Origin: Eledone cirrhosa
Lineage: Eukaryota
DNA length: 64,000 nucleotides
Assembly: GCA_964016885.1 (NCBI GenBank)
Contig: CAXHJY010001499.1
Coordinates: 1-64,000, forward strand
Direction: 5' to 3'
The stretch's first letter is position 1. Each line of letters starts with the position of its first letter. The position numbers and the translations under genes are program-made. Shown piece after piece: positions 13,294 through 27,269 of the stretch. The notes beneath the pieces were generated by a model. The model made no database searches, had not been told where the DNA came from, and saw nothing but the letters and a program-made list of their open reading frames with translations.

Positions 13294-13603
13294 AATAAAC
13301 GAAGCTAAATTTTAAACATTTGACTTTTATTTTACTTTATTTTATATATATATATATATATATAAACAGACTGTACTATGTTAAGGCCTGCAACAGAAAT
13401 AAAATACATCTTTCCTCAAAATGTCACCTTAAAAATATATATATTTTTAAATATAAACTATAGACCACAGCCCCAAATTTATATCCAGTCACAATGTAGA
13501 ATTTTTATCTCTATATGAAAGAGAAGAAAAGAGCTAACATGTTTAGAAATATACTGTATTTGCTACTTGGTAAAAACACATTATAATATAAGCATTTATA
13601 TAA

Positions 13604-13768
13604 GGCGGTGGATTGGCAGTATCGGTAGAAGGTCGGACACTATGCTTTGACGTATAGTGTTACGCCCTTTCCATTCTGAGTTTAAATCGCGCCGAGGTTA
13701 ACTTTGCCTTTCATCCTTACGGGGTCGATAAAATAAAGTATCAGTAATGTACTGGGTAATTGCTGGCC
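13604..13768 (+). mobile_element. tRNA-derived octopus-type SINE (short-deletion subfamily)
   Basis: A-box-like tggcagtatcggtag, B-box-like gagtttaaatc, central actttgcctttcatccttacggggtcgataaaataaagta. Several copies occur in the window. Confidence 0.85.
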
Positions 13769-13820
13769 GTCTATTTTGTCTCTGGTGGACCACGAACACA
13801 TCTATTTGTTTCCCCCACCT

Positions 13821-13851
<31 letters not shown>

Positions 13852-14276
13852 TCTGAGCTACATCTTGTCAGAAGAGTGCCATCCTTTTATTGAACATTAT
13901 ATGTTCATGTGAACGGAGGTGTCTTTTCGGACCTACTTTTATTGCAGACACTTTAATGGATGTGACACATGAACTGTCTGTGCCCTTGCAATACGTCTAG
14001 GGTGTGTCCCCATGCATTCTCCCACGTCTGGTCAGTCCATCAACCGATTGAACATTAAACCACAATCTCTTCAAGTGTATCATGGAGTTCGTGGTCGTAG
14101 AATCATGTCACAGGTGACCCAAGTTCTCCCTGGCTCATGTGATTTCTTATGGTTGACAAAATAAATCGGCAAAATACATTGCACCTCAATTCCTGTTAAA
14201 TATTTGCAGGCACTGCTTACGTAGTGAACGCTATATAAATATATATATATATGGATAATAGAATTGACTGTGTAAG

Positions 14277-14314
<38 letters not shown>

Positions 14315-15026
14315 GAGGGTGTTAAAGTTTGATTGAAGCATTGTGAAATGTGTAAAATACGTAGTTAAGAAAGCCACAACAATGCAGAGGGAAATCTCGA
14401 GGTAGGAAGTGAATGATATATAGGAGAAACAGGAGAAAGTGAAAATTGAGAGAGACAAAGATGAAAACAAAACAAAGGTAGAAGGGTTACCGTAGTAGAG
14501 ATTTAATCCCAATATTTCGGGCTCACGCCCATCAACGGGGGAAAGTTCCAAAAGGGGGGGAACAGGCCAAGCGGAGAAAGTTGTGCTGTCGTTAAGACAG
14601 GAATGCCGTTATGGGGAGAAAATTATTTAAAATTTAAACGAGGGAAAGAATGCGCGTGCGCGTGATAGGCTGTGGCAAAAGCTACTGACCAAATGGGTTA
14701 AATCAAGAGGGTGCGCTAGCGTGTGAAAGCCGTAAAATAAGTGTGTGTAAATATATATGTGTGTGTAAATGTGTGTGTATAAGTGTAAGTGTGTATAAGT
14801 GTGAGTGTGTGTGTGTGTGAGAGATAGTGGGCTGTAGAAGCTGGAAATCAAAGGGTGTGAAAGGTGGTAGGTTGTAAAACATCTGTGTGTATAAATATAG
14901 ATGTGTGTGTGTAAGCGTATGGGTATAAATGTGTGTGTAACTGTGTGTGTATATGTGTGAGTGCGTGTGTGTGTGAAAGATAGTGGGCTGTAGAAGCTGG
15001 AAATCAAAGGGTGTGAAAGGTGGTAG

Positions 15027-15540
15027 GTGTCACCTACTAGAAACTTAAATAAAAGCAGGTGCTTCTTTAAAATCCCCCACCTGAGTGAATATACCACGAA
15101 CGCCATCCGCAGGGCCATACGGACGGAGGAACTTGACATACATTTGGCCCACACAGGACCTTCGCTGCGAAGATGCCTCTCCAACAAACCCGACGAGTCA
15201 GATGGGACGTGTTCCCTCAGCAACTGCCCGATACGGGGGGAAGATTGCCTACGCACCTATGTCGTATATAAGATTCAATGCGATAAATGTAACAAGTTTT
15301 ACATAGGTAGCACCATCCGACCCCTACATGTTCGTATCAAGGAACATATCAACACCAACGCATCTTCCTTCCGTAAACACATCCTTAAATGCGGAAACCC
15401 ACAGGGTAGACCCTTGGTCACAGTCCTAGCGACTGAACGCAGCATCGGATCCTTAAGGATAAAGGAAGCACTTGTTATTAAGAACCTCAGACCCCCATTA
15501 ACAACCGGGCTGAGAGAAATGAGCTGACATGGCTAACTTA
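15027..15540 (+). pseudogene. PLE GIY-YIG endonuclease domain (truncated, frameshift near the C-terminus)
   Basis: CSLSNCPIRGEDC, VVYKIQCDKCNKFYIGSTIRPLHVRIKEH, FRKHILKC, LRIKEALVIKNLRP. Confidence 0.9.
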
Positions 15541-16144
15541 ACCATAGTGACCATTCACAGCCTACGGCCTGCTCTCTTCACACACACGCACGTATATGCA
15601 TACCCATACGCATACACACACACATCTATATTTATACACGCACACATGTTCTTACAACCTACCACCTTTCACACCCTTTGATTTCCAGCTTCTACAGCCC
15701 ACTATCTTTCACACACACACGCACTCACACATATACACACACAGTTACACACAGATTTATACCCATACGCTTACACACACACATCTATATTTATACACGC
15801 ACACATGTTTTACAACCTACCACCTTTCACACCCTTTGATTTCCAGCTTCTACAGCCCACTATCTCTCACACACACACACACTCACACTTACACACACTT
15901 ACACTTATACACACACATTTACACACACATATATATTTACACACACATATTTTACGGCTTTCACACGCTAGCGCACCCTCTTGATTTAACCCATTTGGTC
16001 AGTAGCTTTTGCCACAGCCTATCACGCGCACGCGCATTCTTTCCCTCGTTTAAATTTTAAATAATTTTCTCCCCATAACGGCATTCCTGTCTTAACGACA
16101 GCACAACTTTCTCCGCTTGGCCTGTTCTCTCCGTTTTGGAACTT

Positions 16145-16180
16145 TCCCCCGTTGATGGGCGTGAGCCCGAAATATTGGGA
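16145..16180 (+). ncRNA. Hammerhead-like motif with variant core CCGUUGA (also 14507-14542, -)
   Basis: tccc-CCGTTGA-t-gggc(gtga)gccc-GAAA-ta-TT-ggga. The helices are perfect but two core positions differ from CUGANGA. Confidence 0.55.
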
Positions 16181-16327
16181 TTAAATCTCCACTACGGTAA
16201 CCCTTCTACCTTTGTTTTGTTTTCATCTTTGTCTCTCTCAATTTTCACTTTCTCCTGTTTCTCCTATATATCATTCACTTCCTACCTCGAGATTTCCCTC
16301 TGCATTGTTGTGGCTTTCTTAACTACG

Positions 16328-16427
<100 letters not shown>

Positions 16428-16878
16428 CTGTTTTGTCTTTCGCCTCTTACTCCACTGGACAGTGTTTGGCTTGTCAGACGCTGTGACACGGGTGTGCTAG
16501 CAATAACGTCGGTAGAGGTCAAAACTGCAAAAGTTCACAGCAACAACCGATGGTCATGAAATTCTGTTTCATCTGTTTGTATTTTTTTTTTTATTTCCTT
16601 TCATTTTACCACGTTTTCGTTCGTTGTCTTTTCCTCTTTTAATTTTCCTAAGTTATCTAATGGGTGGATTTCGGATAGGTATCGGGAAGTGACTACAGTT
16701 AAAAAGTTACTCAATAGCAAAGAATCGGTGCTTTCACCCTTAACGGGATCTTCTGTTAAATTTTAATCTGTTATTTTAATAAATATTTGATCTACGGTTC
16801 TTATATATTTGATATCTATTTATCCTTATCGAGCCATCTTTGGATTTTAATCTTCCAATTTATTATTATTACTATATG

Positions 16879-16930
<52 letters not shown>

Positions 16931-16933
<3 letters not shown>

Positions 16934-17789
16934 GTGGAACACTGGAAGGTAATAACCGTAGTGGTAGAGCACTCTGTCCAATGGACGAGTTAGTGGTTAC
17001 ACAACAGTTAGTTCACCATACAGAGAACAATTCTTTCACCTTCGCGGATCTTCACCTCGTGATGTGTATGGTTATAGGAACAGGAAGGACAACAGTGCGA
17101 ACGCGCATGCGCAGAAACTCGGTCACTTCACACAGGCAATACTAGACTGCGTGCGGGAGGTGTAAGGGAGATAACTGCAAAAGTCCGTAAAGTTTTTAGG
17201 TTGAAAATAAAATTAAAAAATTAAAAATAAAATTTAAAAGAATCAGTCCGGAGCCTTGTAGTTATGCAATAGATGTTTGGTGACGTGTGGACAACATGTG
17301 AAAAGTTCACTACTCGTGTTTAGGCAATCATTATTGTGTAATCTTATTAGGATAGTTATTCGTTCGTCAATACATAAGCCACACGTCGGATTTCCCCTTG
17401 CGTATGGTGTGGAATTAGTGATGGCATTCCATTGAATGGAGTAGCCTATACTTGAGTCCTTGAGGGACCATACGTGGCTCGTGAGTTTCAGGGATGAACG
17501 TCTGTCCGGGTATCTGAAGGTAGACTGGTGGTTCAGGAAACGCTCCTTGAATCGGCCCTCCGCCATGCCCACATAGGATTTGACCTCCTGTGGTTCGTTT
17601 GGAAGTGACCACAGCTTCATAGATTACAGCTGGTGTGTTGCATTGCTGTTGAAGGGGGAAAACTTCAGGCTTACGGCAAGAGCACCCTCGCAGGGTGTTG
17701 CTCCTAGGGCTGCTGGTGATGTGGGCCTTCATGTTCTTAGCGCAGGAGTATCCTAGTTTAACTTTGTGTCGGTTAAAGATGGAGCGGAA
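16931..17789 (-). mobile_element. 5'-truncated Penelope-like element (Cys-rich GIY-YIG type) in (TA)n
   Basis: Frameshifted minus ORFs 17415-17732 and 17243-17620: IFNRHKVKLGYSC, CSCRKPEVFPL, VIYEAVV, YVGMAEGRFKERFLNH, HVWSLK, CGLCIDE, CCPH. The 3' UTR has a degenerate hammerhead at 17023-17058 and gagcactc at 16967. Confidence 0.9.
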
Positions 17790-17793
17790 TATA

Positions 17794-17888
<95 letters not shown>

Positions 17889-18164
17889 ATTGAATAAGAT
17901 ACCTACTTATATATATATATATATATGTGTGTGTATGTGTGTGTGGGTGGGTGTGTGCGTGGGTGTGTGCGTGTGTTTGTGTGTGTGTGTCGACGCATGA
18001 ATGCGCGCACACACACATACACACACACACAGACATGTATATGTGTGTAAATATCTATGTATATATACATTTTCAAATATATATGTTCATATGTACGTGT
18101 TATATACACATTCACAAATATATATATATATTATATATAGATATATATATAGATAGATAGATAA

Positions 18165-18485
18165 TAAGGAAAATGTGAAATTCTATATAGATGTTAAAGA
18201 TTCCTTTTTTATCAAAGTTCTAATACATATTTCAATGATAATCGTGGCTACGTGATTGTTCGGTGGTTATGCAACCGGTCACGCGATTTCATCAGGCAGT
18301 ATTATTATGCAATAAGGTTACATTTCCGAGGCAATATATACTAAAGACAAGTAAATCGACAAATATCATTTTTGTCTGGTCTCTTTTCTTTAGATTGGTA
18401 CGACTCGAAAACGTAACCTTATTACATAATGATGCTGGTTGATGAAATCACGTGGCCATTTACATGATTAAACAATCACGTAGCC
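18165..18485 (-). mobile_element. Old PLE-like fold-back element
   Basis: Diverged inverted repeat 18246-18330 / 18404-18485. The minus strand has CTGATGA...GAAA with poor helix I pairing. Confidence 0.5.
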
Positions 18486-18495
18486 GTATATATGT

Positions 18496-18532
<37 letters not shown>

Positions 18533-18584
18533 TGTATGTATGTATGTATGTATGTATGTATGTATGTATGTATGTATGTATTAT

Positions 18585-19195
18585 GTCAGGTCACCAGTTG
18601 GTGCTACTGGTAACATGTATCCCAGTACAACCTGACTCATGGTCGAGTCGTTGGCGACTAAACTGGCAACCCCACCAAGGTTTATTGGTGAGGAGGGTGG
18701 CTTTGGACATCCTGCAGGACTAAAAACAAAACCTGTCAAAGGGCAAAGGAGCTCTTAAGAGTCAATGGCCATCCAAAATCACCGGGAGAGATGACCCCTT
18801 AGCCTTTGTCAAGGCAGAATTCTAGGAGAAGGAAAACTCTGATATAACACCTGCAACCCTGATGGTATCCAATGATGTTGACTTGTTCTTCTTTTTGGTA
18901 AATATCATCTTGGTTAAGAGAGTGGGACTGGCTTTGTGCAGTGCCTTTCCTCACTATAAAAGCTTCACGGCACAGGCATTGATTTATATCTGGAGATCTC
19001 TCTGCACTTGTCATCACATGGTACCATGCACCCAGCACTATGTGTCAATAATTGTCACAAGCGTAGCGTTTGTACCTACCAGAGTTTTCAAGTCGCTGGC
19101 TGGACTAAAAATTCACACTCGTTCAGCGCATCGGTAGGGGTTCTCCTACATATAAAGTAGTGGCCGTACTCGAAAACGAGTTGGCAGCCACCATG
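18585..19195 (+). mobile_element. Non-autonomous RTE-related retroposon inserted in (TATG)n
   Basis: ctaggagaaggaaaactctgat resembles RTE 5' UTRs. The 3' half (18903-19193) recurs inverted at 36191-36480, a related sequence lies at 20350-20585, and (TATG)n flanks both sides. Confidence 0.6.
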
Positions 19196-20636
19196 TATGT
19201 ATGTATGTATGAGGGAGCTTATAGATAGGACAACACACGCTGTCTTTTCGTTGGGTAAGTTTTTCATTAATTTTTGTATTCTGAAACATCAAAATACAAC
19301 AATTTTTTGGTCACTGGACTCGGGAATGTCACGACAGAAGTTTGTGGAAGTTACACAAATATTTTAGTATATTTTACCAGAGCAATCCTTATTTATATTT
19401 TACATTTTACATTTACTTACATCTCAATATAACATGGCTAAAATTCAAATTTTGCAAACGGACAAATGAACTAGATACATCTCACTGTCCCCCACCACCA
19501 CAATAACGTCTACACTCTCTCCCCACCATCACATGTCATTACCCTATCTAGACTAAAGTCATCGACCTGTTGTCAAACTCTCTCCTCTGTGTTGAATGTG
19601 TATATGTATGTATATGTGTGCATATACATCACTCAGTCAAACGACCAGATTTCAACCCCAACATCTACAACAACAAAACCGGCACTAATGTTTACAGCAA
19701 CAACAGCTTCAGAATGAATTGAAATGAACATTTACAACAACAACAACATCGGCATCAAAAGATAAAAAGAAAAAAAAAAACCACAAACAAACAAAAAAAC
19801 ACAAAATAACAAAACACACACACACAGGCACAGAACACAACAACATCAACTGCCACCACCACCACCGCCATCACCGCCGCCATCACCATCACCAGCGATC
19901 GGGCCTTAAGAAAACAACTTTAATAATAATTTTTCTGCTTTTGGCACGGATCCAGCGACTGGTCCAGCGAATCACTGGTACTCTCTTTTGTTGATTCCGT
20001 GGGGATGAAAGGCAAGGTTGACCTCGGCGGGATTTGAGCTCAGCGTGGAGAGCCATAACTCTATGTTGTAAAGCAATTATAATAATACTGGACTGTAATA
20101 CAAACGGCTTCAACTATACAAACTCTTGAAAGTCAACAGTTGACATAATCTTGTAATCTTGTATCAGTAATGACGGTTATATATATATGTGTGTGTAAGT
20201 GAGTAGCGTGTGTGTGTTTGTTTGTATGTATGAGTGTTGATGTGTGCGCGCGTATGTATGCGTGTGTGTGCGCGCATATGTATGCGCGTGTGTGTATGTC
20301 GTACGTATAAGTGTCAATAAGTGAGTTTTTTTTTTTCTTCTTTTTGTGCGGGGACATAGAAATAATCGGGCTGGATCGCGCAGTTAAACCACTGGGAGTG
20401 AAGAACCCCTAGCCCTTGTCAGGGCATTCTTCTAGGAGAAGGCATCTCAGGAAACTCGGTTAACTCCGACATAAAACCTGCGGCTCAGTAGTTACCGATG
20501 ATGTTGATCTTTTCTTCTTTTCGGGTTATAGCTACTGTCGCTCAGAGAGTGGGATTGGCTCAGTGCACAGTCTTTCCTCACTTTAAAAATGTGTATGAGA
20601 ATGTATATGTATATATAAATATATATATATATATAT

Positions 20637-20702
<66 letters not shown>

Positions 20703-23700
20703 AGTAGGTATCTTATTCAAAAGCTCTCATTGAAAAGTAGACTGCTGTAAATTTTTCATCAAAATGTAACCAATTTTGTTTTCAAAGTGTATTGTTATTT
20801 TGTTAAATATAACTTATAGACCGTAAACTCTATTTTTCATACAGTCACAATGGGGTGCGTTTATATATGAATAAAAGTACACTTATGAAACAAAACCTAT
20901 TTAGAATTATACTTTATTTGCTGATATCGGGAAATGTAATATATCGCTTTATTTATTTGTTTATTTGTTTATTTCTTTATCTTTTTTACAAACTCACCAT
21001 GTCTTTCAACAATGTTACATTCACGCGGGTAATTATTTCTATAGAGTCGCTCAACTTTCTTAACTAGCTATCGAATTTTCTTTTCCGAAATATATAATAC
21101 AAGCCAACGAAGGATTATCTGTCCAATTTGCTGACTTGCAAGAAATAACATCTAAAATCTGCCCAATTCCTACCCTAACGTATTTGTATATGGACACATT
21201 TAATAAAGTGTTCCAGATTAAATTGAATGAATATTAACCAAATTTGAAACACCTTTGTGGTCAACGTTGTTTCGCATGTAATGAATAAATTACCAATCTA
21301 GGGACGCTGAATTGGAGAAATTTTGAAAAACTTGGTGAGATGTATCGCAATATCTAGGGCGAATCAGAGTGGAGTGAGTTAAAATATAGCCTCATTCTGC
21401 AGGAATTTGCCTCAGGTTCTTATAGTATCAATTCAAAAACATTCAAACATTGTTTCGTTGATTTAATCATGAGATTAGTCCCTTTTCTTGCTTCCTAAAT
21501 CTCCCGACAGCATGCTTTTAAATGAAACGGTGAAACTTATAACCCCAATAGAAAGTATCTCAGAATTCTAACTTACTAAACACCTACAAAATCTTTGGAC
21601 TCCTTTTACCTAAGCTTCTCACACGTATTTTAAAAAAGATCATAATGAAGGCTATTCTGCAGATTGGCAAACACTTTCACTAAGAAGCTTCAATCCCTTA
21701 CTGGCACAAAAATATCCATACACTGATACTGCAATGGATTTGATTCCTGTGACCCAGATTACTGCTCTCCAGCTAGCGGAATCACAATGAGGTCTACTTC
21801 ATAATTACTTTCTCTTCAAAGCCCTTCTCTTTCACTCAGTCTAGTTGTCAGAATCAAGCATTAAATACTGTATCGATCTCACCTCTTCAGATGTGTAATC
21901 GTCTAGATTTTACGCTCTACCTACCTTGATTTTTTTTCCAAAGTATACAACCGATTTCATCAATATGAAAAGGCCAAAAATATTCATGTAGAATTTTCAT
22001 TTTGACTCACTAAAAATCAGCTTCCTCGAGGTATATAATGAAATATTTATTTTATCTTGCATAATGATATTTTTAATGAAATCTAATAGGTTATCAACAT
22101 AATTATTCAAATAATCATACATAATAGATGCAGATATGACTGAGTGATCAAAAAGTTCGCTTCGCAAGAGCGTGTGTCCACGTACAACCCAACTGTACTC
22201 GCGGGTGAGCGAATGCATTTTGTATGCAATTACTTAGACGTTAAGTATGCCTGTCAAATTTAAACACAGACACACACACATATATATATGTGTATGTGTG
22301 TGTGTATGTATTATATATGTATACATATTACATATTATTTGAGGTTACCGACTGATTTCCTGCAACAATCGTCTCGTCAGAGCTTAAAAAATGATGCAGT
22401 CCATAGGCAAAATATATTATATCCAACACAAATACGAAGCTTTACATTTTTAATACAAATCAGGAGTATATATTCAATGGCATTAGAGGATTCCGCACCA
22501 TATTTCAGCTAGCTTGTCCCTAGTATGAGCATAACTTCCCTTATTTGCTCCACCAGTCTTAAAGAATTCCGGAATTATATCATGTCGCTCTGTTTCCTTA
22601 ACAAGTTGTCATAAAAGAAACGGTGAATTTCGTCTATGTTTTTCATACTTCCAATATGGACATACAATCCAGTGATGATGTCGAGGAAATCGACTACATT
22701 TATTTCCTTCAATTTTATGCATTTATTTCTTTAAAATCCTCATTATTAAGAGAGTGGATTGCTGGTATTTTACTTTCAATCACGTCAATTATCAATTGTA
22801 CATTTCATCCTTCTGGGTTAGGGAAACCAAATTACCAGTGTAGTACTTTACTTTACACACAACGTCGCCCAAACTTGTGCAGGATGAAGACCCAGAAAGG
22901 ATGTTGGATTTTAGCGCAGATGTCCTCGCAGACCAACTGCACATTGATCATCCTGCGGAATTGGAACTAAAGACAAAATGAGCCGGAACACACAACGAGA
23001 TATACCCTATTCTAACAGTTTTTCCAATCGACCACATTTTGAGTGGTACTTTATCTATCGACTCCGAAAAGATGTAAAGCAAAGTTGACTTCAGTGAGAT
23101 TTGATCTAATGTACAACAAAGCATTTTATTCAACGCACGAATGACGCCGCCTTATTAAAAATACTATAGTCAATTTCATGAAGAATATACTCATATAAAT
23201 AGAGACATATTTTCTTGTGATCAACTTCGTAAATAGTTATCGAAAGGACAAAATTGGAAAGCAACAAACTCAATAACTCTCACTATTTAATCATGTTCTT
23301 CCATAGTTTCTCTTCTGTTTTATGCTAAAAAAATCAATTGAAGAATAAAATAAGTATCTATCTATTTGGAGAATTACTATGTTCTTTCATGTGACATTAA
23401 TAGATTTTCTAAGATCCAACTGAAGATATCTGATATTCTAATTGCGAAGATTGTTAAGCTAGCCTTGATATGCGAATATAATTACACAGTTCTGGCAATT
23501 TTAAAACTCGTTGGAGTTTGAGGGCAACGCCATCTCTGAAACACATATATTATATTCTACTTCGAGCGGTAAACAAATTATTTTGCGGTATTTAGTTACG
23601 TCACTTTGCGTGTTATGTTCAAATTTCTGCATGATTGATATAATTAAGTACCAATCACATACTAAAATTCTTCAATCAATTGTTCCCTGCTTCCAAATAT

Positions 23701-25158
23701 ATGGGTTTATGGAAATTCAGTAAAAGTCTTTCTGAGACTATAGGCTCATTAAGCTGATTACTATTCCGATTATAGAGCGATAACTGACTGAGAATACGAC
23801 TCTTTTACCCGAATGAGACGCCAATGTGTCACAAGGTTAACAACCTCCTACTGCTGCACATTTTCAAATGTGTAGAGAGGGGCAGCTTGAAACAAAGTGC
23901 TATATTCAAGGACAGAACTCGCACCCAGTTCTCGACAAGGATCGAACTAAACACCTTAGGATCATGAGACTAACACTCTAACCATAAAACAATGCATTTT
24001 CACTGTACACATGTAAGAAATCATATATCTAACTTAAGAGAATTAGTTTTAAGATCTAGAAATATCCACATAATTCTTTGCTTCTCTTAATTACTACCCT
24101 TCACATATCATATGTTAGGTGTTTTTCCTCTTTAGGTGGTGATATGTTATGTCCCAGTTAAATAATACAGTCGCTATTAACGTGTGTGGTCCAATGCTTA
24201 TGTTCGAATTAATATTATATTCAACCCTTATCAGTTAAACAATAATTCATTCAATTCCCTCAATCATTTAATAGTTTCGTTTCATCCGTCGGCTTTCTGA
24301 TTCCAAGCCCCAATAGATTAAAAGTTCTCTTTCAACGTTCTTCAGTTGGTAAAATATAAAATAGCCATATAATAACTAGATTCAATAATATAAAACATAG
24401 AGCAAATTAGAATAAAGGCATTATCCTTATTTACTTTGACGTCTAACGGAAGATATAATCTTCGGATTTATTTAGGCACAGTGCTAACAATATTATCACT
24501 TATCCTCCATTACTTTCCACCAGACACTCAGTTAACTTGAGTTAGGTCACGTACAGCAAATACATAGCATTTTTTGTTTTGTTTCTGTTTCTAATTTATT
24601 CCAAAATATGAAGTAGACATCACAACCTACAGCGATATCAATCGTCTCAATCAGCGAGAGTGTTTATAGAGTAAAAAGATAAAAGTTATACAATTGTTAC
24701 ACTTCTAGGGAAACATAAACGCGAGTCGAGATTTTGGTGGCATCTCTCACTTAACGTAATTTTCTGAAAGAAAATCTGATTAAAACTGACATACTTGCAC
24801 CACATGGCAAAACATAGCTTAGTGTAATATATTGATTAATGCGATGTCTTTCTACTATACTGTAACGAAAACGAGAACATTCCTCTAATGATAAGATCGT
24901 TTCCCTTAAAGTGAAATATGCCAAAATTCGTTCCAGTGTCAAGAACTATTTTCATACGTACATAAATCTCAACAACACGTACATTGTTTAAGTGCACCAA
25001 AGGTTAACATAGTTAGAAGTATTCGGAATTTTTTAACTGGCAGTGTTCCGCGCTTCAAATTACATCCACGAATTACTTCAACTCTCTTATGTGTGCTGTA
25101 AATGAAGGAGTAGTTTGCTACTAGGTATTATCCTTAACATCTCTTTCTTTCTTTACAC

Positions 25159-25328
<170 letters not shown>

Positions 25329-26460
25329 GTATATATATATGTATATATATATATACTTAATCACGTCAATCGTGGTTAAGTTCTTCCGTATTTTTTTTTT
25401 TCTGAAGATACTATCATGAATCATTTAGTCTGTTTACTTAAAATTAAAATGACAGGGTATTCTGCAATAAATATAAATAACTGTATGTTATGTGTTACAG
25501 TATAACCAAAGAAATTATGACTTCGTGTATGAACATGAGTTTCAAATATATACATTAGTTAATATTTTGAAGTACGTTTCCCAATAATAATAGTGATATA
25601 AGCAATGAAAATGCGTTTCACTAATAAATTACCAGTAAAAACTAATAGCGATGTTTTGCACAGGCGCAAGGCCACATAAGTGTAAATGTATGTACAATCA
25701 ACTAGGTTTTCAAACGTGCTCCAAACGTAATTCCCTGAACATTAGTAGATAAAAGATTAATTTGCTCTCACCGAAAAATTAAATTAGGGTAATAAAGAAT
25801 AGGTGTTCATATAAAAATACTATTTCACTGAAATATACGTATACTGCACTAATACCTCGATTACGAAGTAATTGCGACCACAACTGAATGCGTGTTCATT
25901 ATATTTAAATGTTGCATATATGTTCATATACGCTTTTATGTTGAGTCATACTCTGTTAGGATTATGCCTCATTAATCGCTTTATTGATTCGTCCTTTCAT
26001 TCACAATTTCTGGTTCACAGCAAAAACATAAAATCCAGTATTTCGTGGGAGCCTATGGTTGATTAACGCGACCCATTAACACTTTAGTACTTTATTTTAA
26101 CAAACCCAGAAATATGAAAAGCAAATTCGAACTTGGCGAGATTTTCCCGCTGAAAATAAAATGATACTAAATACCCAAACTAATTTTTCTTAACCTTTAC
26201 ATATTTAACCTATCTACACTTTAAAATAAGGATTTAAATATAAATATAGGCCAGCAAATTTAGAAGGAAAAGGTACAGTCTATATACGCAATGCTTATAC
26301 AAGCCTGGTACTTAGTTTATCTGGATTGGACTAATAGAAGAAAAAGTCGAAACCATTTGAATTTTGGGTGACATTACAGGGAAGGAATAGCAGCAACATT
26401 TTTCTTTTCACGGCAATCGAGATTGATGAAGGGAAGGAAGACATTATTCCTCACACTTGA

Positions 26461-26680
26461 AGGGTGGTGGATTGGCAGTGTCGGTATAGTGTTGCATAAC
26501 ATGTTTCACAGCATTGAGTTACGGCCCTTTACGCTCTGATTTCAAATCCTGTCGAGGTTAGCTTTGCTTTTCATTCTTACCGTATCAATACTATAAAGAA
26601 CCAGTAACTCACTAGGGCCCGATTTAATCGATATTCTGCTTCCTCCCAAATTTTTGGCATTGTGCCTAAATCAGAAATAA
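26461..26680 (+). mobile_element. tRNA-derived octopus-type SINE (full-length type)
   Basis: ggattggcagtgtcggta...ttcaaatcctgtcgaggttagctttgcttttcattc...cgatttaatcga...ggcattgtgcctaaa. Confidence 0.8.
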
Positions 26681-26689
26681 TTTTTTTTT

Positions 26690-27265
26690 CAGATCTCCAT
26701 CGTTATAAATTCAAATAGAATACATCTAGCACTATATCATCGACCCCAATCTAGAATACCAGCAACATGTTTGCTCCACCATTCACCAACCCGGTACCTC
26801 TTCACTCCTACCTTCCAACACCCACCAATCACATTGTCCATACACCCCGAAGCTCCACAATTTGCTTCCTCTCCAAATTACATAAATCCGATAACCACGA
26901 CAGCCCCATAGTCTCCACACAGCCAGCAACTATCTGTCAGCACCCCTCACCTCATCCCATACACTCGCACACCGGACGAAACCCATATTCATCACTACAC
27001 TCCCTCTTAATTTTATTTTCTTTGTATTTTTATCTTTTCTTAACTTTTTTATTTCTTATTTTCTTTGCGATTTAACTTTTGTGGTTTTCCTGGTGAAGGG
27101 CCCGATACGTTGATAATGCAATTCACTCTCTTTTTTTTAAGCGTGAAATTACTACGACTTTATGTTAATGTATCATGTTTGTTCGTTCATTGTTCACATA
27201 TTTATACATTGAGGTTTGTTGGTTCACCCCTGGATAGAACTGGTCATTCCGTATTGTCAACCTCG
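26690..27265 (+). mobile_element. Internally deleted PLE remnant (RT N-terminal motif joined to a pLTR with a degenerate hammerhead)
   Basis: TPRSSTICFLSKLHKSDNHDSPIVS resembles the PLE RT motif FYxLPKIHKxxxPGRPIVS. ttttc-CTGGTGA-agggccc-GATA-cgtt-gataa lies at 27085-27116. Confidence 0.65.
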
Positions 27266-27269
27266 ATGT

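Larger units (their letters stand above)
12858..13344 (-). mobile_element. Non-coding PLE-derived fold-back with intact hammerheads in both arms
   Basis: Near-perfect inverted repeat 12954-13092 / 13209-13344. The left arm has a tail to 12858 (gagcactc at 12906), and there is an internal 17-bp hairpin at 13104-13141. Confidence 0.9.

Noticed and set aside
13604-13700. tRNA genes at SINE heads
   Set aside because: Only A/B-box-like remnants fused to SINE bodies; no cloverleaf.
14311-14352. tacgagggtg... resembling a mariner TIR after TA
   Set aside because: No partner TIR or transposase; it is contiguous with the inverted pLTR arm and better explained as the PLE tail.
14231-14551. Duplicate ORFs MELSPVDGREPEIL... 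(also 16136-16486) and 14627-15256 / 15596-16060
   Set aside because: By-products of the inverted pLTR arms running into microsatellites, not genes.
16720-16760. Minus-strand CAGAAGA-t-ccc(gttaa)ggg-t-GAAA hammerhead-like motif
   Set aside because: The core is mutated and helix I/III pairing is not convincing; could be a fossil but is unsupported.
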